A stretch of 64,000 nt of DNA from Ignavibacteriota bacterium (GCA_963827285.1 CAWHAG010000001.1:274682-338681), one strand, 5' to 3'; counted from the first letter of the stretch, positions 38,885 through 50,404 are shown. The notes: generated by a model not told the origin, from the letters alone. Program-made: numbers and translations.

Positions 38885-41830
38885 ATGAGGAGACATCTCT
38901 CACTTATCCTCCTACTGCTTGGCAGCATCAGCTACGGCTTCAGTCTTCTCATACATACTCGTCCACAGCACGAGACGAACGGCATTTCATCAAGGAGTCA
39001 TACGCTTCAGCAACCCTCTGACAGGAATTATTTGCCAGGTGTTGTCGTTGTAAAGTTCAAATCGGCAATCAGACATGCCCTCGGCAAGACCTCTGTACAA
39101 GAATCTTCCTTGAATTTCGTCTTCAACAAGTATTCGGTCTATGAGACAAGGCAGTTGTTTCCACAGCATGAACAGGCGCCACCGCGACCTGAACAGGTTG
39201 ACCTCTCTCGCATCTACATGATCCGCTACAACGCCAGCAACGACGCTGGAGAAGCAGCCAAGGATTTCGCGCGGGAGGAAGTGGTGGAATATGCTGAGCC
39301 GCATTACATTCACAGGGTGATGTTCACTCCTAACGATCCAATGTTCAACGTGAACCAATGGTATTTGAAGAAGATTCATGCCGAGCAAGCATGGGATATC
39401 ACGCAAGGTGATACGAGTGTGGTGATAGGGATCATTGATACTGGTGTGGATTGGGTCCACCCCGATCTTGCGGCAAACATCTGGATGAACCCTCGACCAG
39501 GGGGGAATCCCCAATATCCCAACGACATACGAGGATGGGACTTCGGCGGACTACATGGTACACCGGATAACGACCCAAACGAAGACCAACCCGATCACGG
39601 GACAGCAATTGCTGGGTTAGCATCTTCTGTTACGAATAATGGCATCGGTATCGCTGGTATGGGATTCAAATCCAAGATCATGGCAGTCAAAGTAACGCAA
39701 GATGATCAACGGAACGCTTCAGGTCCCTTGATACTTTACGGCTACGAAGGTATTGTCTATGCTGCTGATAATGGTGCGGCGATTATCAATTGCAGTTGGG
39801 GGCGACCCGGTAAGCAATCAACCTCTTCCAAGTATGAACAAGAGGTAATCAACTATGCTTACCAAAAAGATGCACTAGTTGTTGCAGCAGTCGGAAACGC
39901 TAATACTTCAACGAGGTACACCCCTGCTGCATACAACCATGTGCTCGCAGTTGCTGCTACTGATCCCAACGACCATAGATCCGTGTGGTCCTACGATTTC
40001 GCATCCAATTATGGACCATGGGTTGACGTCACGGCACCCGGTTCAGCTATGTTCAGCACATGGAAAGAGAATTCCTACACATATTCGTTGAATGGAACAT
40101 CCTTTGCGAGTGCTCTGGTTTCTGGCGTGGCAGCATTGGTGAAGTCGTTGCATCCTTCATGGACGCCTGACCAGGTCGCTGAGCAAGTGAGAGTTGCTGC
40201 CGACAAGATTGACTCGCTTAATCCCGGCTTCGCGGGTCAATTAGGCTCTGGCAGAGTAAACGCCTACCGTGCTGTGACGCAGCAGTCCCCGGCTGTCAGA
40301 GTTGTCTCTGTCATAATCAACGATTGGGCTGGTGGGAACAATGATGGGATTGCCGATCCTGGAGAAACAATCTCCATAGTGATGACATTTGAGAACTTCC
40401 TTGCTCCAGCATCAAATGCACAGGTGGAGATCACGACGACAGATCCATATGTGACCATGGTCAATGGCACTCTCATTACGCTCGGCACATTGGGCACGTT
40501 AGATTCAGTTAGCAATCGCATGCATCCAATGGTTGTGAAGATTTCCCCCTCGGTGCCAGAGAACTATGAAATCAGCTTCGCCGTCTCCGTTGTGGACAGT
40601 GACTACAGAGATGTCACGACCTTTGGAGTACCGGTCCAGCCGACGTTTAGGGACATGAACATCAACGACGTCGTTCTGACTATGACAAGTAGCGGGAGTC
40701 TCGGATTCAATGACTTCCCGGCAAACTTACAAGGGTCGGGCTTCACCTTCAAGAACATCTTTCAGAACCTTCTTCTTGAAGGTGCTCTCATGGTTGGGGT
40801 AAGTGGTTCGAAGGTGTCCAATGTTGCGCGAGATGAAACTGGAGTTTATCCAAACCGACATTTCGTAACGCTCCAGGACCTTCGAGTGGCTACCCCCGGG
40901 ACTGTTGCGGATCAAGAAGGCGTCGCGATTTTCAATGACGATGGTGCAGGAACAAACAAGATTGGGATCCGAGTAACACTGCGCAGCTACGCGTTTGTGA
41001 ATCCCCCTGATGAGAAGTACGTCATGTTGAAATACACACTTGAGAACACCGCAGACTCGACGATCACGAACTTACACGCGGGTCTGTTTTTCGATTGGGA
41101 TATCAATGGTGGCTCGAACAATGTCGCTGACTTTGACAGAGATCATCGCATGGGATATGTCTATGATACCGGAAGCGCAGTTGGGACGTACGTAGGTGTA
41201 ACGTTGGTGAGTCCGGACGGAATCTGTTACAGAGCAATTGATAATGCTGGGAAGAATGGGTGGGGCATTTACGATGGATTCAGCCTTGCTGAAAAATGGG
41301 AGGCGTTGAGTGGTGGGACATCGTCACATCTGACAGCAGGTCCAGGCGATGTCTCTCACGTCGTTTCGGCTGGTCCACTGGAGATCGCTCCGGGACAGAA
41401 GAAGGTGATCGGCTTTGCTGTGATGGGTGGAGATAGCTTGGCGGATTTGAGGAGCACGGCTGAGACAGCGATGGTGAAGTGGAAACAGATCCTTGATTCC
41501 AACGAAATGCCACCTGTGCCGTACGAGTTTGCATTGTATCAGAATTATCCGAATCCCTTCAATCCAACGACAACTATCAAGTATCAAGTTGCGAACTCAG
41601 GATTTGTTACTCTGAGAGTGTTCGATTTGCTTGGAAGGGAAGTCACCTCGTTGGTCCAGGAGTATCAAACTCCAGGACTGTATCAAGTCGCGTTCGATGC
41701 TCGAAGCTCGATGTCTAGTTCTCTTGCGAGTGGCGTGTATTTCTGTGATCTTCAGGTCTCAACCGCATCGGGTAAGGGCAACTACCACACTCAGTTTCGA
41801 GACGTGAAGAAAATGTTGATACTGAAATGA
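38885..41830 (+). CDS. S8 subtilisin-family serine peptidase with T9SS C-terminal sorting domain
   Basis: Catalytic triad contexts DTGVDWVHPDL, HGTAIAG, GTSFASALVSG; C-terminal LYQNYPNPFNPTTTIKY...GVYFCDL CTD; start at ATG with signal peptide. Confidence 0.85.
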   Translation: MRRHLSLILLLLGSISYGFSLLIHTRPQHETNGISSRSHTLQQPSDRNYLPGVVVVKFKSAIRHALGKTSVQESSLNFVFNKYSVYETRQLFPQHEQAPPRPEQVDLSRIYMIRYNASNDAGEAAKDFAREEVVEYAEPHYIHRVMFTPNDPMFNVNQWYLKKIHAEQAWDITQGDTSVVIGIIDTGVDWVHPDLAANIWMNPRPGGNPQYPNDIRGWDFGGLHGTPDNDPNEDQPDHGTAIAGLASSVTNNGIGIAGMGFKSKIMAVKVTQDDQRNASGPLILYGYEGIVYAADNGAAIINCSWGRPGKQSTSSKYEQEVINYAYQKDALVVAAVGNANTSTRYTPAAYNHVLAVAATDPNDHRSVWSYDFASNYGPWVDVTAPGSAMFSTWKENSYTYSLNGTSFASALVSGVAALVKSLHPSWTPDQVAEQVRVAADKIDSLNPGFAGQLGSGRVNAYRAVTQQSPAVRVVSVIINDWAGGNNDGIADPGETISIVMTFENFLAPASNAQVEITTTDPYVTMVNGTLITLGTLGTLDSVSNRMHPMVVKISPSVPENYEISFAVSVVDSDYRDVTTFGVPVQPTFRDMNINDVVLTMTSSGSLGFNDFPANLQGSGFTFKNIFQNLLLEGALMVGVSGSKVSNVARDETGVYPNRHFVTLQDLRVATPGTVADQEGVAIFNDDGAGTNKIGIRVTLRSYAFVNPPDEKYVMLKYTLENTADSTITNLHAGLFFDWDINGGSNNVADFDRDHRMGYVYDTGSAVGTYVGVTLVSPDGICYRAIDNAGKNGWGIYDGFSLAEKWEALSGGTSSHLTAGPGDVSHVVSAGPLEIAPGQKKVIGFAVMGGDSLADLRSTAETAMVKWKQILDSNEMPPVPYEFALYQNYPNPFNPTTTIKYQVANSGFVTLRVFDLLGREVTSLVQEYQTPGLYQVAFDARSSMSSSLASGVYFCDLQVSTASGKGNYHTQFRDVKKMLILK

Positions 41831-41966
41831 ATCAGTCGTGCTCTATTCACTCAAGGAGGGTGTGTGAATCTTGCTATCGTCTAATTCAAGATCTGACGGT
41901 GCCCTTTGGTCTAATTGCGCATTGGACTCTATCGCTTACATAATTAGGATTAGGAGAATCTTGGAA

Positions 41967-44867
41967 ATGAAAAACCGTTTGCTCATCGTTGTCTTACTTC
42001 TGGTTGGCATAAGCTATGGATTTGCACTGGCGACTCGTCCTCATTCCTCTAAGCAGACGGCAACAATAGCATCCTTTGGCAGCACACACAAGCAGTTGTC
42101 CGAGAAGAATTATCTTCCCAATGTTGTTGTCGTCAAATTCAAATCTGCGATCAGCCAGGCGCTTGGGAAAACGTCAGTTGATGAGCCTTCATTGAGTTTC
42201 ATCTTCAAGAAATTCTCTGTCAACAGCACGCAGCGGATGTTCCCTGACCACGATAGAGCGCCAACATCACCTGAGCGGGTTGATCTATCGAGATTCTACG
42301 AGATCCATTACTACGGCAACTATGATCCAGTGAATGTTGCGAGAGAGTTTGCCAAGGAAGCCGTGGTCGAATATGCCGAACCTTACTACATTCACAAATT
42401 AGCTTATGTCCCAAACGATCCGGCATACACAGGAGGTACTCAATGGTACTTGAAAACCATTCAAGCTGAACAGGCGTGGAATATCACCCAGGGGGATACC
42501 AGTGTTGTAATTGGTATTGTGGACACGGGCGTGGATTGGACTCACCCGGACCTTGCTGCTAATATCTGGGCAAATCCTAAACCCGGCTGGAATCCTAATT
42601 TTCCCAATGATGTTCGTGGATGGGATTTTGGCGGCTTGAACGGTACACCGGACAATGATCCGAATGAAGACCGTCCTGACCATGGAACAGGCGTTGCCGG
42701 TGTGGCATCTGCTGTGACGAACAACGGAATTGGCATCGCCGGCATTGGATTCAGATGCAGGATTATGGCGGTGAAAGTCGCTCAAGATGATCAAAGAGAT
42801 GTTTATGGCAATCCGTACATTGTCTATGGATTTCAGGGGATTGTCTATGCGGCTGATAATGGTGCCTCCGTAATCAACTGCAGTTGGGGTGGGGAAGGTT
42901 ATTCTCGCTATGAGCAAGAGGTCATCAACTACGCGTGTGAGAAAGGTGCCTTGGTGGTTGCCGCGGCTGGAAACGATAACACCTCAGTGATGTTCACACC
43001 TGCCGGGTATAACCACGTGCTGGCTGCTGCCGCAACCGATTCTCGTGACCGTAGAGCAGTCTGGCTCAGCGGTCAAGCGTCGAACTACGGAGAGTGGATT
43101 GATGTCTCTGCCCCCGGCTCAAGTATCTATATGACGTGGAAAGGCAATCAATATACGTACAACTCAGGAACCTCGTTTTCCAGTCCACTGACTGCAGGTG
43201 TCGCAGCATTGGTGAAATCATTGCATCCTGCCTGGACGCCAGATCAAATCGCCGAACAAGTCCGAGTCTCTGCCGACAAGATTGACTCGCTCAACACCGG
43301 ATACGCTGGGAAACTTGGCTTTGGGAGGATCAACGCCTATCGTGCTTTGACGGTTGTCTCTCCGGCAGTTAGGATTTCATCCTCCTCAGTGAGCGATTCT
43401 ATTGGCGGAAATAATGATGGCGTTGTTGATCCAGGAGAGACAATTCACATCACGCTCACACTGAAGAATCTGCTTGCCCCAACAACCAATGCGACGATTC
43501 GCTTCAGCTCGACAGATTCGAGTGTCAGGATTCTTGACGGAGATGTTTTCCAGGCAGGCAAGCTCTTGACACTGCAAGAGACTGATAACAAATCCCGTCC
43601 ACTTATTGTGCACGTTGCTAACACGGTGCCAGAAAATCACTATGTGAATTTCACGGCGAACATTTCCGATGGTGACTACAATGATGTCGCAACATTCAGA
43701 ATCCTCGTGCGACCGACGTTCGAGGATCACAACACTGATATCGTAACAATGACGGTTTCCAGCAAAGGAACGCTTGCATTCAATGATTATCCCACTAATC
43801 TTCAGGGAAGTGGCTTTACTTTCAAGGATAGATTTGAGAATCTTCTCTTTGAAGGCGCTTTGATGATAGGGATCAGCAGCACGCAAGTCTCAAACGCAGC
43901 GCGAGATGAAACCGGCAATCAGCAGTGCGATCATTTTGTCCCACTTCAATCCTTCAAGATAAGAAGTCCGGGCACTGTTGCTGATCAGGAAGGATTGTCA
44001 GTTCTGAATGATGACGGTGCGGGAAGAAGCACGATCGGCGTTCGCGTCACGCTGAAGAGTTACGCATTCAAGGACCCGCCTAACGATGGTTATGTCCTGC
44101 TGAGATATCTTCTCGAGAATACGACAGCCTCCAACATCTCAAACCTGTACGCTGGATTGTTTCTCGATTGGGATATCGGTCCAGACGGGGCAAACAATCA
44201 GGCTGACTACGATGGAGAACATAACTTGGGGTATGTCTATAATGTCAAGCGTACTGTGAAGACGTACTGCGGTGTAGCGTTGATGAGCAGCACCGCTTCT
44301 GTCGGTTATTGGGCGATTGATAATGACCAAAGCACTCCGGGTGCTCCATGGGGTATCTATGATGGATTCACCATCGCAGAAAAATGGCAAGCGCTGAGCA
44401 GCGGTGTCGGGAGGACTCCAAGCAGCGTTGGAGATGTCTCTCAAGTTCTCTCAACAGGACCACTGACGATCGCACCCGGGAAGACAGTCGAAGTTGGATT
44501 TGCTGTGTTAGGTGGAGACACCTTGTCTGATATGCAAGCCAACGTAGAGGTGGCGCTGAGAAAATGGAAGCAGATCACCCTTGAAGATATTAATACTGTT
44601 CCCGAGGAATTCGCACTTTATCAAAACTATCCAAATCCATTTAACCCGGCGACAACAATCATCTACGATTTGCCTTCGGACAACTTCGTGAGTCTGAAAG
44701 TGTATGATCTGCTCGGACGGGAAGTGGCAACATTGGTCAGCGAACGTCAGAAGGCCGGACGCTATATTAGAGAGTTCACGAGCAGCACGCTCTCGAGCGG
44801 TGTGTATTTCTATCGCCTGGAAGCAGGAGGATTTGGTGAGGCGAGGAAGATGTTGATCATCCGATAG
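41967..44867 (+). CDS. S8 subtilisin-family serine peptidase, tandem paralog, with T9SS C-terminal sorting domain
   Basis: Colinear with the upstream S8 gene (DTGVDWTHPDL, HGTGVAG, GTSFSSPLTAG); C-terminal LYQNYPNPFNPATTIIY...GVYFYRL. Confidence 0.85.
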   Translation: MKNRLLIVVLLLVGISYGFALATRPHSSKQTATIASFGSTHKQLSEKNYLPNVVVVKFKSAISQALGKTSVDEPSLSFIFKKFSVNSTQRMFPDHDRAPTSPERVDLSRFYEIHYYGNYDPVNVAREFAKEAVVEYAEPYYIHKLAYVPNDPAYTGGTQWYLKTIQAEQAWNITQGDTSVVIGIVDTGVDWTHPDLAANIWANPKPGWNPNFPNDVRGWDFGGLNGTPDNDPNEDRPDHGTGVAGVASAVTNNGIGIAGIGFRCRIMAVKVAQDDQRDVYGNPYIVYGFQGIVYAADNGASVINCSWGGEGYSRYEQEVINYACEKGALVVAAAGNDNTSVMFTPAGYNHVLAAAATDSRDRRAVWLSGQASNYGEWIDVSAPGSSIYMTWKGNQYTYNSGTSFSSPLTAGVAALVKSLHPAWTPDQIAEQVRVSADKIDSLNTGYAGKLGFGRINAYRALTVVSPAVRISSSSVSDSIGGNNDGVVDPGETIHITLTLKNLLAPTTNATIRFSSTDSSVRILDGDVFQAGKLLTLQETDNKSRPLIVHVANTVPENHYVNFTANISDGDYNDVATFRILVRPTFEDHNTDIVTMTVSSKGTLAFNDYPTNLQGSGFTFKDRFENLLFEGALMIGISSTQVSNAARDETGNQQCDHFVPLQSFKIRSPGTVADQEGLSVLNDDGAGRSTIGVRVTLKSYAFKDPPNDGYVLLRYLLENTTASNISNLYAGLFLDWDIGPDGANNQADYDGEHNLGYVYNVKRTVKTYCGVALMSSTASVGYWAIDNDQSTPGAPWGIYDGFTIAEKWQALSSGVGRTPSSVGDVSQVLSTGPLTIAPGKTVEVGFAVLGGDTLSDMQANVEVALRKWKQITLEDINTVPEEFALYQNYPNPFNPATTIIYDLPSDNFVSLKVYDLLGREVATLVSERQKAGRYIREFTSSTLSSGVYFYRLEAGGFGEARKMLIIR

Positions 44868-44913
44868 GCTACTCGATGTTTGAGTAGCTAAGAGTGAACG
44901 ATCCTATTTAACC

Positions 44914-44950
44914 AAAGTCCTGATGCCTCATCGGGACTTTTTCTTTTCTT
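44914..44950 (+). terminator. Rho-independent terminator after the second S8 peptidase gene
   Basis: AAAGTCCTGATG-CCT-CATCGGGACTTT hairpin followed by TTCTTTTCTT. Confidence 0.7.
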
Positions 44951-44988
44951 GATAAATAGAATATATTTTGTTATATTCAGTTCGAAAA

Positions 44989-45777
44989 ATGAGAAAGCGA
45001 CAGATGAACAAATTAAAGATTCTGGTCTCTAACGATGACGGCATTGATTCTCCGGGACTTTTTGCTCTTGTGCAGGAGTTGAAGAAGATCGCTGACGTCA
45101 CCATCGTCGCGCCGGATAAACAGCAAAGCGCCGTTGGTCACGCTATCACCGTACGGTTACCACTGAGGGCGCACAAGTTTCACAAAGATGGGAAATTCTA
45201 TGGCTACGCGGTGAACGGTACACCCGCAGACTGTGTGAAACTGGGCGTGCGAACGTTGATGCGAGAGAAACCAGATCTGGTCATCTCGGGAATCAATCAC
45301 GGCTCGAATGTCGCAGTGAACGTTATCTACTCCGGGACGGTTTCCGCAGCCACGGAGGGCACGATTCTCGGGATCCCTTCAATTGCGGTTTCGCTGGCAA
45401 CCTACGATGAACCGGACTTCTCTTACGCCGCGAAGTTCACTCAGAAGCTCGCAGCGATGATCGTTCAGAATGGACTGCCGGAAAGAACGCTCTTGAATAT
45501 CAATGTGCCGCCTGTCCCGGAATGCGAGATCAAGGGTATCGTTGTCACCAAACAAGGCAAATCGAACTGGGATGATACATACGATGTGCGGAAGGATCCC
45601 AACGGTCGAACGTATTACTGGCTGACTGGGGAGTTCAATGTCCTTGACCAAGAGGACGATGCCGATTTCATCGCCATCAGAAATAACATGGTCTCGATGA
45701 CGCCAATTCACTACAACCTAACAGACTATGAGATGTTCGAGAAGATGAAGCAGTGGGATTTAGACAGACTGCGATAG
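44989..45777 (+). CDS. surE: 5'/3'-nucleotidase SurE
   Basis: KILVSNDDGIDSPG N-terminal signature; promoter-like TTGATA-17-TATATT just upstream. Confidence 0.9.
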   Translation: MRKRQMNKLKILVSNDDGIDSPGLFALVQELKKIADVTIVAPDKQQSAVGHAITVRLPLRAHKFHKDGKFYGYAVNGTPADCVKLGVRTLMREKPDLVISGINHGSNVAVNVIYSGTVSAATEGTILGIPSIAVSLATYDEPDFSYAAKFTQKLAAMIVQNGLPERTLLNINVPPVPECEIKGIVVTKQGKSNWDDTYDVRKDPNGRTYYWLTGEFNVLDQEDDADFIAIRNNMVSMTPIHYNLTDYEMFEKMKQWDLDRLR

Positions 45778-46080
45778 GATTGTGTGAACATTCACTGCGG
45801 CAATCGTCGGTAAGCTGCAGAACAGATTTCAGCAGATATGCTGGTTGTCCCGCGGAGCGGGATTCCGCTACCGCGGAACAGATTACCGGTTGGTGCTGGA
45901 GAGATCTGATGACCTGTAACCCGAAATCTCTCTCATCATTCACATACATTTCCGTCGGAGGTGGATAAGTGGCGCAAAGTGGTGCTTTTCAGCATCATGG
46001 TGCGTGGCAGTCACTCCATGGCGTTACAGGCGCTGACCTCTGACTTAAATCTAAGAACAACATAGGAGAACGATAACGAA

Positions 46081-47241
46081 ATGAAGATAGGTATCCTCAC
46101 GGGTGGGGGAGACGTCCCTGGACTAAACCCATGTATTAAAGCCGTGGTCTATCATGCTGTTGATGCTGGACATCAAGTGATTGGTATTCGTCGTGGATGG
46201 GGAGGCTTGCTCTATTATAATATGGACGATCCCAGCTCGCAGGTGGAGTGGGTCATTCCGTTAAGCAAAGCAAACACACGAACCATTGACCGCTCCGGTG
46301 GAACGTTCATTCACACGTCGAGAACGAATCCGGGAAAGGTGCGCCCCCAAGAAACTCCAAAGTTTTTGCAGGACCCTAAACATCCCTGGAAGAAAGATGA
46401 TCCTCCCGCAGATTTCACACCACATGTCTTGGGTGTGCTTGAGAAGCTGGGTATCAACGTAATGATTCCCATCGGCGGTGATGACACCTTGAGCTACGCA
46501 GTGCGCCTGCATCAAGAGGGATTTCCAGTGGTAGCTATTCCTAAGACTATGGACAACGATGTTTTTGGCACGGACTACTGTATCGGATTTTCGACTGCGG
46601 TGACGCGCAGTGTGGATTTCATTACAGCGCTGAGGACGCCTGCCGGCTCACACGAGCGTATCGCCATCGTGGAGCTGTTTGGGAGGAATTCTGGAGAGAC
46701 ATCACTTATTTCTGCCTATCTCGCCGGTGTGGACAGAGCGATTATCTCCGAAGTGCACTTTGATCCTGAAAAATTAGCAGGTCTGCTAATGGAGGATAGA
46801 CGCAACAATCCCAGCGGCTACGCGATCATGACCATCTCTGAAGGTGCCCAGATGATTGCTGGAAAGATTATTGAATATGGTCAGGAAGATGCCTTTGGTC
46901 ACAAGAAACTCGGAGGCATTGGGATGTTAACAAGCGAAGCGGTGCATCAGTTGACAGGCGCCCATACCATTTACCAACAGGTCGCATATCTGATGCGAAG
47001 TGGCGAGCCAGATGCACTTGATAGAATGGTTGCTATCAGTTACGCGAACCTGGCAACTGATCTGGCCATGAAAGGTGAATATGGAAAGATGGTCGCGCTC
47101 CAAGGAGGCAAGTACACCACCGTTCCCCTGGATACAATAACGAAGGGCGCGAAGCGTGTGGATGTTGAGGAACTCTATGATGTGGAGCAATACCGTCCCA
47201 AAGTTGCCCATATTCTTGGCAAGCCGATGTTCCTTTACTAG
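46081..47241 (+). CDS. pfk: 6-phosphofructokinase (ATP- or PPi-dependent not resolved)
   Basis: [23 protein letters not shown]...[11 protein letters not shown] motifs; 386 aa. Confidence 0.85.
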   Translation: MKIGILTGGGDVPGLNPCIKAVVYHAVDAGHQVIGIRRGWGGLLYYNMDDPSSQVEWVIPLSKANTRTIDRSGGTFIHTSRTNPGKVRPQETPKFLQDPKHPWKKDDPPADFTPHVLGVLEKLGINVMIPIGGDDTLSYAVRLHQEGFPVVAIPKTMDNDVFGTDYCIGFSTAVTRSVDFITALRTPAGSHERIAIVELFGRNSGETSLISAYLAGVDRAIISEVHFDPEKLAGLLMEDRRNNPSGYAIMTISEGAQMIAGKIIEYGQEDAFGHKKLGGIGMLTSEAVHQLTGAHTIYQQVAYLMRSGEPDALDRMVAISYANLATDLAMKGEYGKMVALQGGKYTTVPLDTITKGAKRVDVEELYDVEQYRPKVAHILGKPMFLY

Positions 47242-47312
47242 ATGGGTATCTCAATGCAGCAAGATTGCCACGCACATCCGAAATGCGTGGCAATTCAACC
47301 TGCTACGTATTC

Positions 47313-48812
47313 CTACCCCACCCTACTTTCAGACTTCCTTGCTTTTCTTCCGTGCCAATACCAATAGACGGGCAATCCGAGCAAGACAATAACCAGACCG
47401 GGCCATGTATATCTTGGTTTAACAAGAAGCAAATCAAGCGAGATCAAAGAGGCGACGATGACATATAATGCGGGCACAATCGGATAGCCGAAGGCTCTGT
47501 ACGGGCGCTGCGTGTTGGGCTGCTTGCGACGCAGAATGAACAAACCGACAATCGTAAGAACATAGAATATCAACACTGCAAAAATCACGTAGTCCAGCAA
47601 GTCACTATACGTGCCCGATAAACACAGCAGACTTGCCCAAACGCCCTGCACGATCAGTCCCTTTGCGGGAACACTCTTTTCACTCAGTGTTCCTACCCCT
47701 TTGAAGAAGAGTTTATCTTTCGACATTGCGTAGTACACGCGTGCCCCAGCCAGTATCAATCCGTTGTTACATCCGAACGTCGAGATCATGATGAACGCTG
47801 CCATGATGATAGCTGCTGCGTCGCCAAAGATGATCCAGGCTGCCGCTGTTCCAACGCGGTCATCAGCTGCAAACTGTATTCCGCGAGCCATCACATCAGC
47901 ACCAGCTTGTGAGCCGTGGAGAGGAAGAACGTTTATGTAGACGATGTTGGCGAGAAAATAAAGCACTGTCACAGTACCTGTCCCCAATACCAGACTCCAC
48001 GGAATGTTTCTTCTCGGATTGACAACCTCGCCTGCAGTGAATGTGATGTTGTTCCAAGCATCAGAAGCAAACAGAGAGCCGACCATTGCGGCGCCGAGCG
48101 CAGTCAATATCGCAAGGCCACTCAGTCGCTCAATCGAGATTTGATTCCCACTGATGTGCATCCATGATGCGCTCCAGAAGTCACTCAAGTTAGCAGCGAT
48201 CGCTTGGGCATTTCGTCCAATGAAAAATCCAAGCAAGATGAGACCCAACAGCGCTGTGGTTTTGGTGACAGTGAAAATATTCTGCACAACCTTCCCTGTT
48301 TGGATTCCTCTCGTGTTGATCCAGGTCAAAACGATGATTGAGAGGATAGCGAACGCCTGTGTCACAGAGATGGAGAACGAACCAATAGTCAGAATCTTAT
48401 TGCTCTCCGAAATCCACGGAACTAGAACGCCGGTAAAACGTGCAAAGGCAACCGCCACCGCCGCAATTGTACCCGTTTGAATTACCAGAAACAATGTCCA
48501 TCCATAGAGAAATCCCAGTGAAGGTCCATACGCCTCACGCAGATATACGTATTGTCCACCGGCATGGGGCATCATCGCAGCGAGTTCACCGTAGCTGAGT
48601 GCCGCAACAACTGTGATAACGCCTGTCACCAACCATGTTACAAGCAACCAACCGGGAGAACCAACGGTGCGAGCGATGTCAGCCGAGACGATGAAAATGC
48701 CTGAGCCAATCATTGACCCAATGACAATCATCGTTGAATCGAGCAAGCCAAGTCTCCGGTTGAATTCTCGGCTTACTGTGGTTGTTGTCTTGGTTACTTC
48801 AGCACTGTCCAT
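47313..48812 (-). CDS. amino acid permease (APC superfamily)
   Basis: 499 aa, 12 predicted TM segments, GSGIF motif region. Confidence 0.8.
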   Translation of the reverse strand: MDSAEVTKTTTTVSREFNRRLGLLDSTMIVIGSMIGSGIFIVSADIARTVGSPGWLLVTWLVTGVITVVAALSYGELAAMMPHAGGQYVYLREAYGPSLGFLYGWTLFLVIQTGTIAAVAVAFARFTGVLVPWISESNKILTIGSFSISVTQAFAILSIIVLTWINTRGIQTGKVVQNIFTVTKTTALLGLILLGFFIGRNAQAIAANLSDFWSASWMHISGNQISIERLSGLAILTALGAAMVGSLFASDAWNNITFTAGEVVNPRRNIPWSLVLGTGTVTVLYFLANIVYINVLPLHGSQAGADVMARGIQFAADDRVGTAAAWIIFGDAAAIIMAAFIMISTFGCNNGLILAGARVYYAMSKDKLFFKGVGTLSEKSVPAKGLIVQGVWASLLCLSGTYSDLLDYVIFAVLIFYVLTIVGLFILRRKQPNTQRPYRAFGYPIVPALYVIVASLISLDLLLVKPRYTWPGLVIVLLGLPVYWYWHGRKARKSESRVG

Positions 48813-48898
48813 GTCCGTCCTTTTGGTTCAAGAGCCACAATGGATTGTGGATTCAAAATCTCTTTTGATCTGCGTCACGACGAGGCAGGCAAGGCGGC

Positions 48899-50404
48899 TT
48901 ATTCACGATTCTCGCTAGCGCGCCGACGTGCCATGACGCTGTGATATCTGCCGTAGGAAAAGTATATTACAAACCCTATGAGGAGCCAGATTATCAGTCG
49001 GAGCCAGTTTTCTGCCGGCAGCGAGAACATGAGCAACAAACACATCGCTATGCCGAGAATCGGGACAATGGGAACAAGTGGTGCACGGAATGGGCGCTCG
49101 GCATTGGGATGGGTGCGTCGCATGATGAGCACTGCCGAGCAAACAATCACAAATGCTAGTAGGGTCCCGATGTTCACCAGCTCAGCCAGAATTCTGAGAG
49201 GCAAGAATGCGGCTAATGAAGCGACAAAGAGACCTGTGAGGATGGTTGATTTCCACGGCGTGCGAAAACGAGGGTGTACTGCCCCAAAGAAGTTAGGTGG
49301 CAGCAGGCCGTCGCGAGCTACCGCGAGAAGAACACGCGGTTGGCTAAGCATCATCACCAGCAGTACCGACGTGATTCCAGCAAGTGCACCAAGCGAGATC
49401 AGGAGTTGCGCCCACTGAAGTCCCACCTGTTTGAAAGCATCCGATACTGGTGCATCAATGTTAATCTTATTGTATGGGACCATTCCTGTTAGCACCGCTG
49501 ACACTGCGATGTATAGCACGGTGCAAATGATCAACGAGGCGATGATGCCGATTGGCACGTCGCGCCGAGGATTGCGGGCTTCCTCAGCGTGTGTTGATAC
49601 CGAATCAAAGCCGATGTAGGCAAAGAATATCATGGCAGCACCAGCTAACATCCCGAGTGGTTCGCCGCCCAGACCTGTCTGGCCAACTATGGTCTTGCCG
49701 AAGAAGCTGATGCCGGTGAGTCCGTACGGGGCAAACGGCTGCCAATTCTTTGGGTCAATGTAAAAGGCTCCGAGCACAATCACGAGCAGGACAATTGCAA
49801 GCTTCGCGATCACCATTGACGCATTGAACGTCGCGCTCTCTCTGATACCTTTGACGAGAATAGCTGTGACGATTGCGGTGATGATGATGGCGGGTAAGTC
49901 AAGAAGCGTACCGGTGGTTGCCAGAAGCCCCGTATCTGGATTGAAATCAAATGGTGCTCTCGTAAGTGCATGGGGTATCTTAATTCCAAAGATGCCGATG
50001 AAGTCTTGAAAATAGTGCGACCATCCATGAGCTACAGTGGCGGATCCGACCGCATACTCCAGTACCAAATCCCAGCCGATGATCCAAGCGAACAGCTCTC
50101 CGAGCGTGGCGTAGGCATAAGTGTAAGCTGACCCGGCAATGGGCACCATCGAAGCAAACTCAGCGTAGCAGAGTGCTGCAAAGACGCACGCGACCCCCGC
50201 AACGACGAATGAGAGCGTGAGTGCTGCGCCCGCTTTGTCGTGTGCGGCTACACCTGTCAGAACAAAAATGCCTGTGCCGATGATTGCACCGACACCGAGA
50301 CTTGTTAGAGTAACTGGGCCAAGGATGCGCCGCAGTCGGTTCTCGCCTTTCATCTCTTCGAGCATTAAGGCAAGCGGTTTCGTTGCGAAAAGATTCTTAG
50401 CCAT
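48899..50404 (-). CDS. amino acid permease (APC superfamily), tandem paralog
   Basis: 501 aa; SLGVGAIIGTGIFVLTG typical APC N-terminus. Confidence 0.8.
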   Translation of the reverse strand: MAKNLFATKPLALMLEEMKGENRLRRILGPVTLTSLGVGAIIGTGIFVLTGVAAHDKAGAALTLSFVVAGVACVFAALCYAEFASMVPIAGSAYTYAYATLGELFAWIIGWDLVLEYAVGSATVAHGWSHYFQDFIGIFGIKIPHALTRAPFDFNPDTGLLATTGTLLDLPAIIITAIVTAILVKGIRESATFNASMVIAKLAIVLLVIVLGAFYIDPKNWQPFAPYGLTGISFFGKTIVGQTGLGGEPLGMLAGAAMIFFAYIGFDSVSTHAEEARNPRRDVPIGIIASLIICTVLYIAVSAVLTGMVPYNKINIDAPVSDAFKQVGLQWAQLLISLGALAGITSVLLVMMLSQPRVLLAVARDGLLPPNFFGAVHPRFRTPWKSTILTGLFVASLAAFLPLRILAELVNIGTLLAFVIVCSAVLIMRRTHPNAERPFRAPLVPIVPILGIAMCLLLMFSLPAENWLRLIIWLLIGFVIYFSYGRYHSVMARRRASENRE

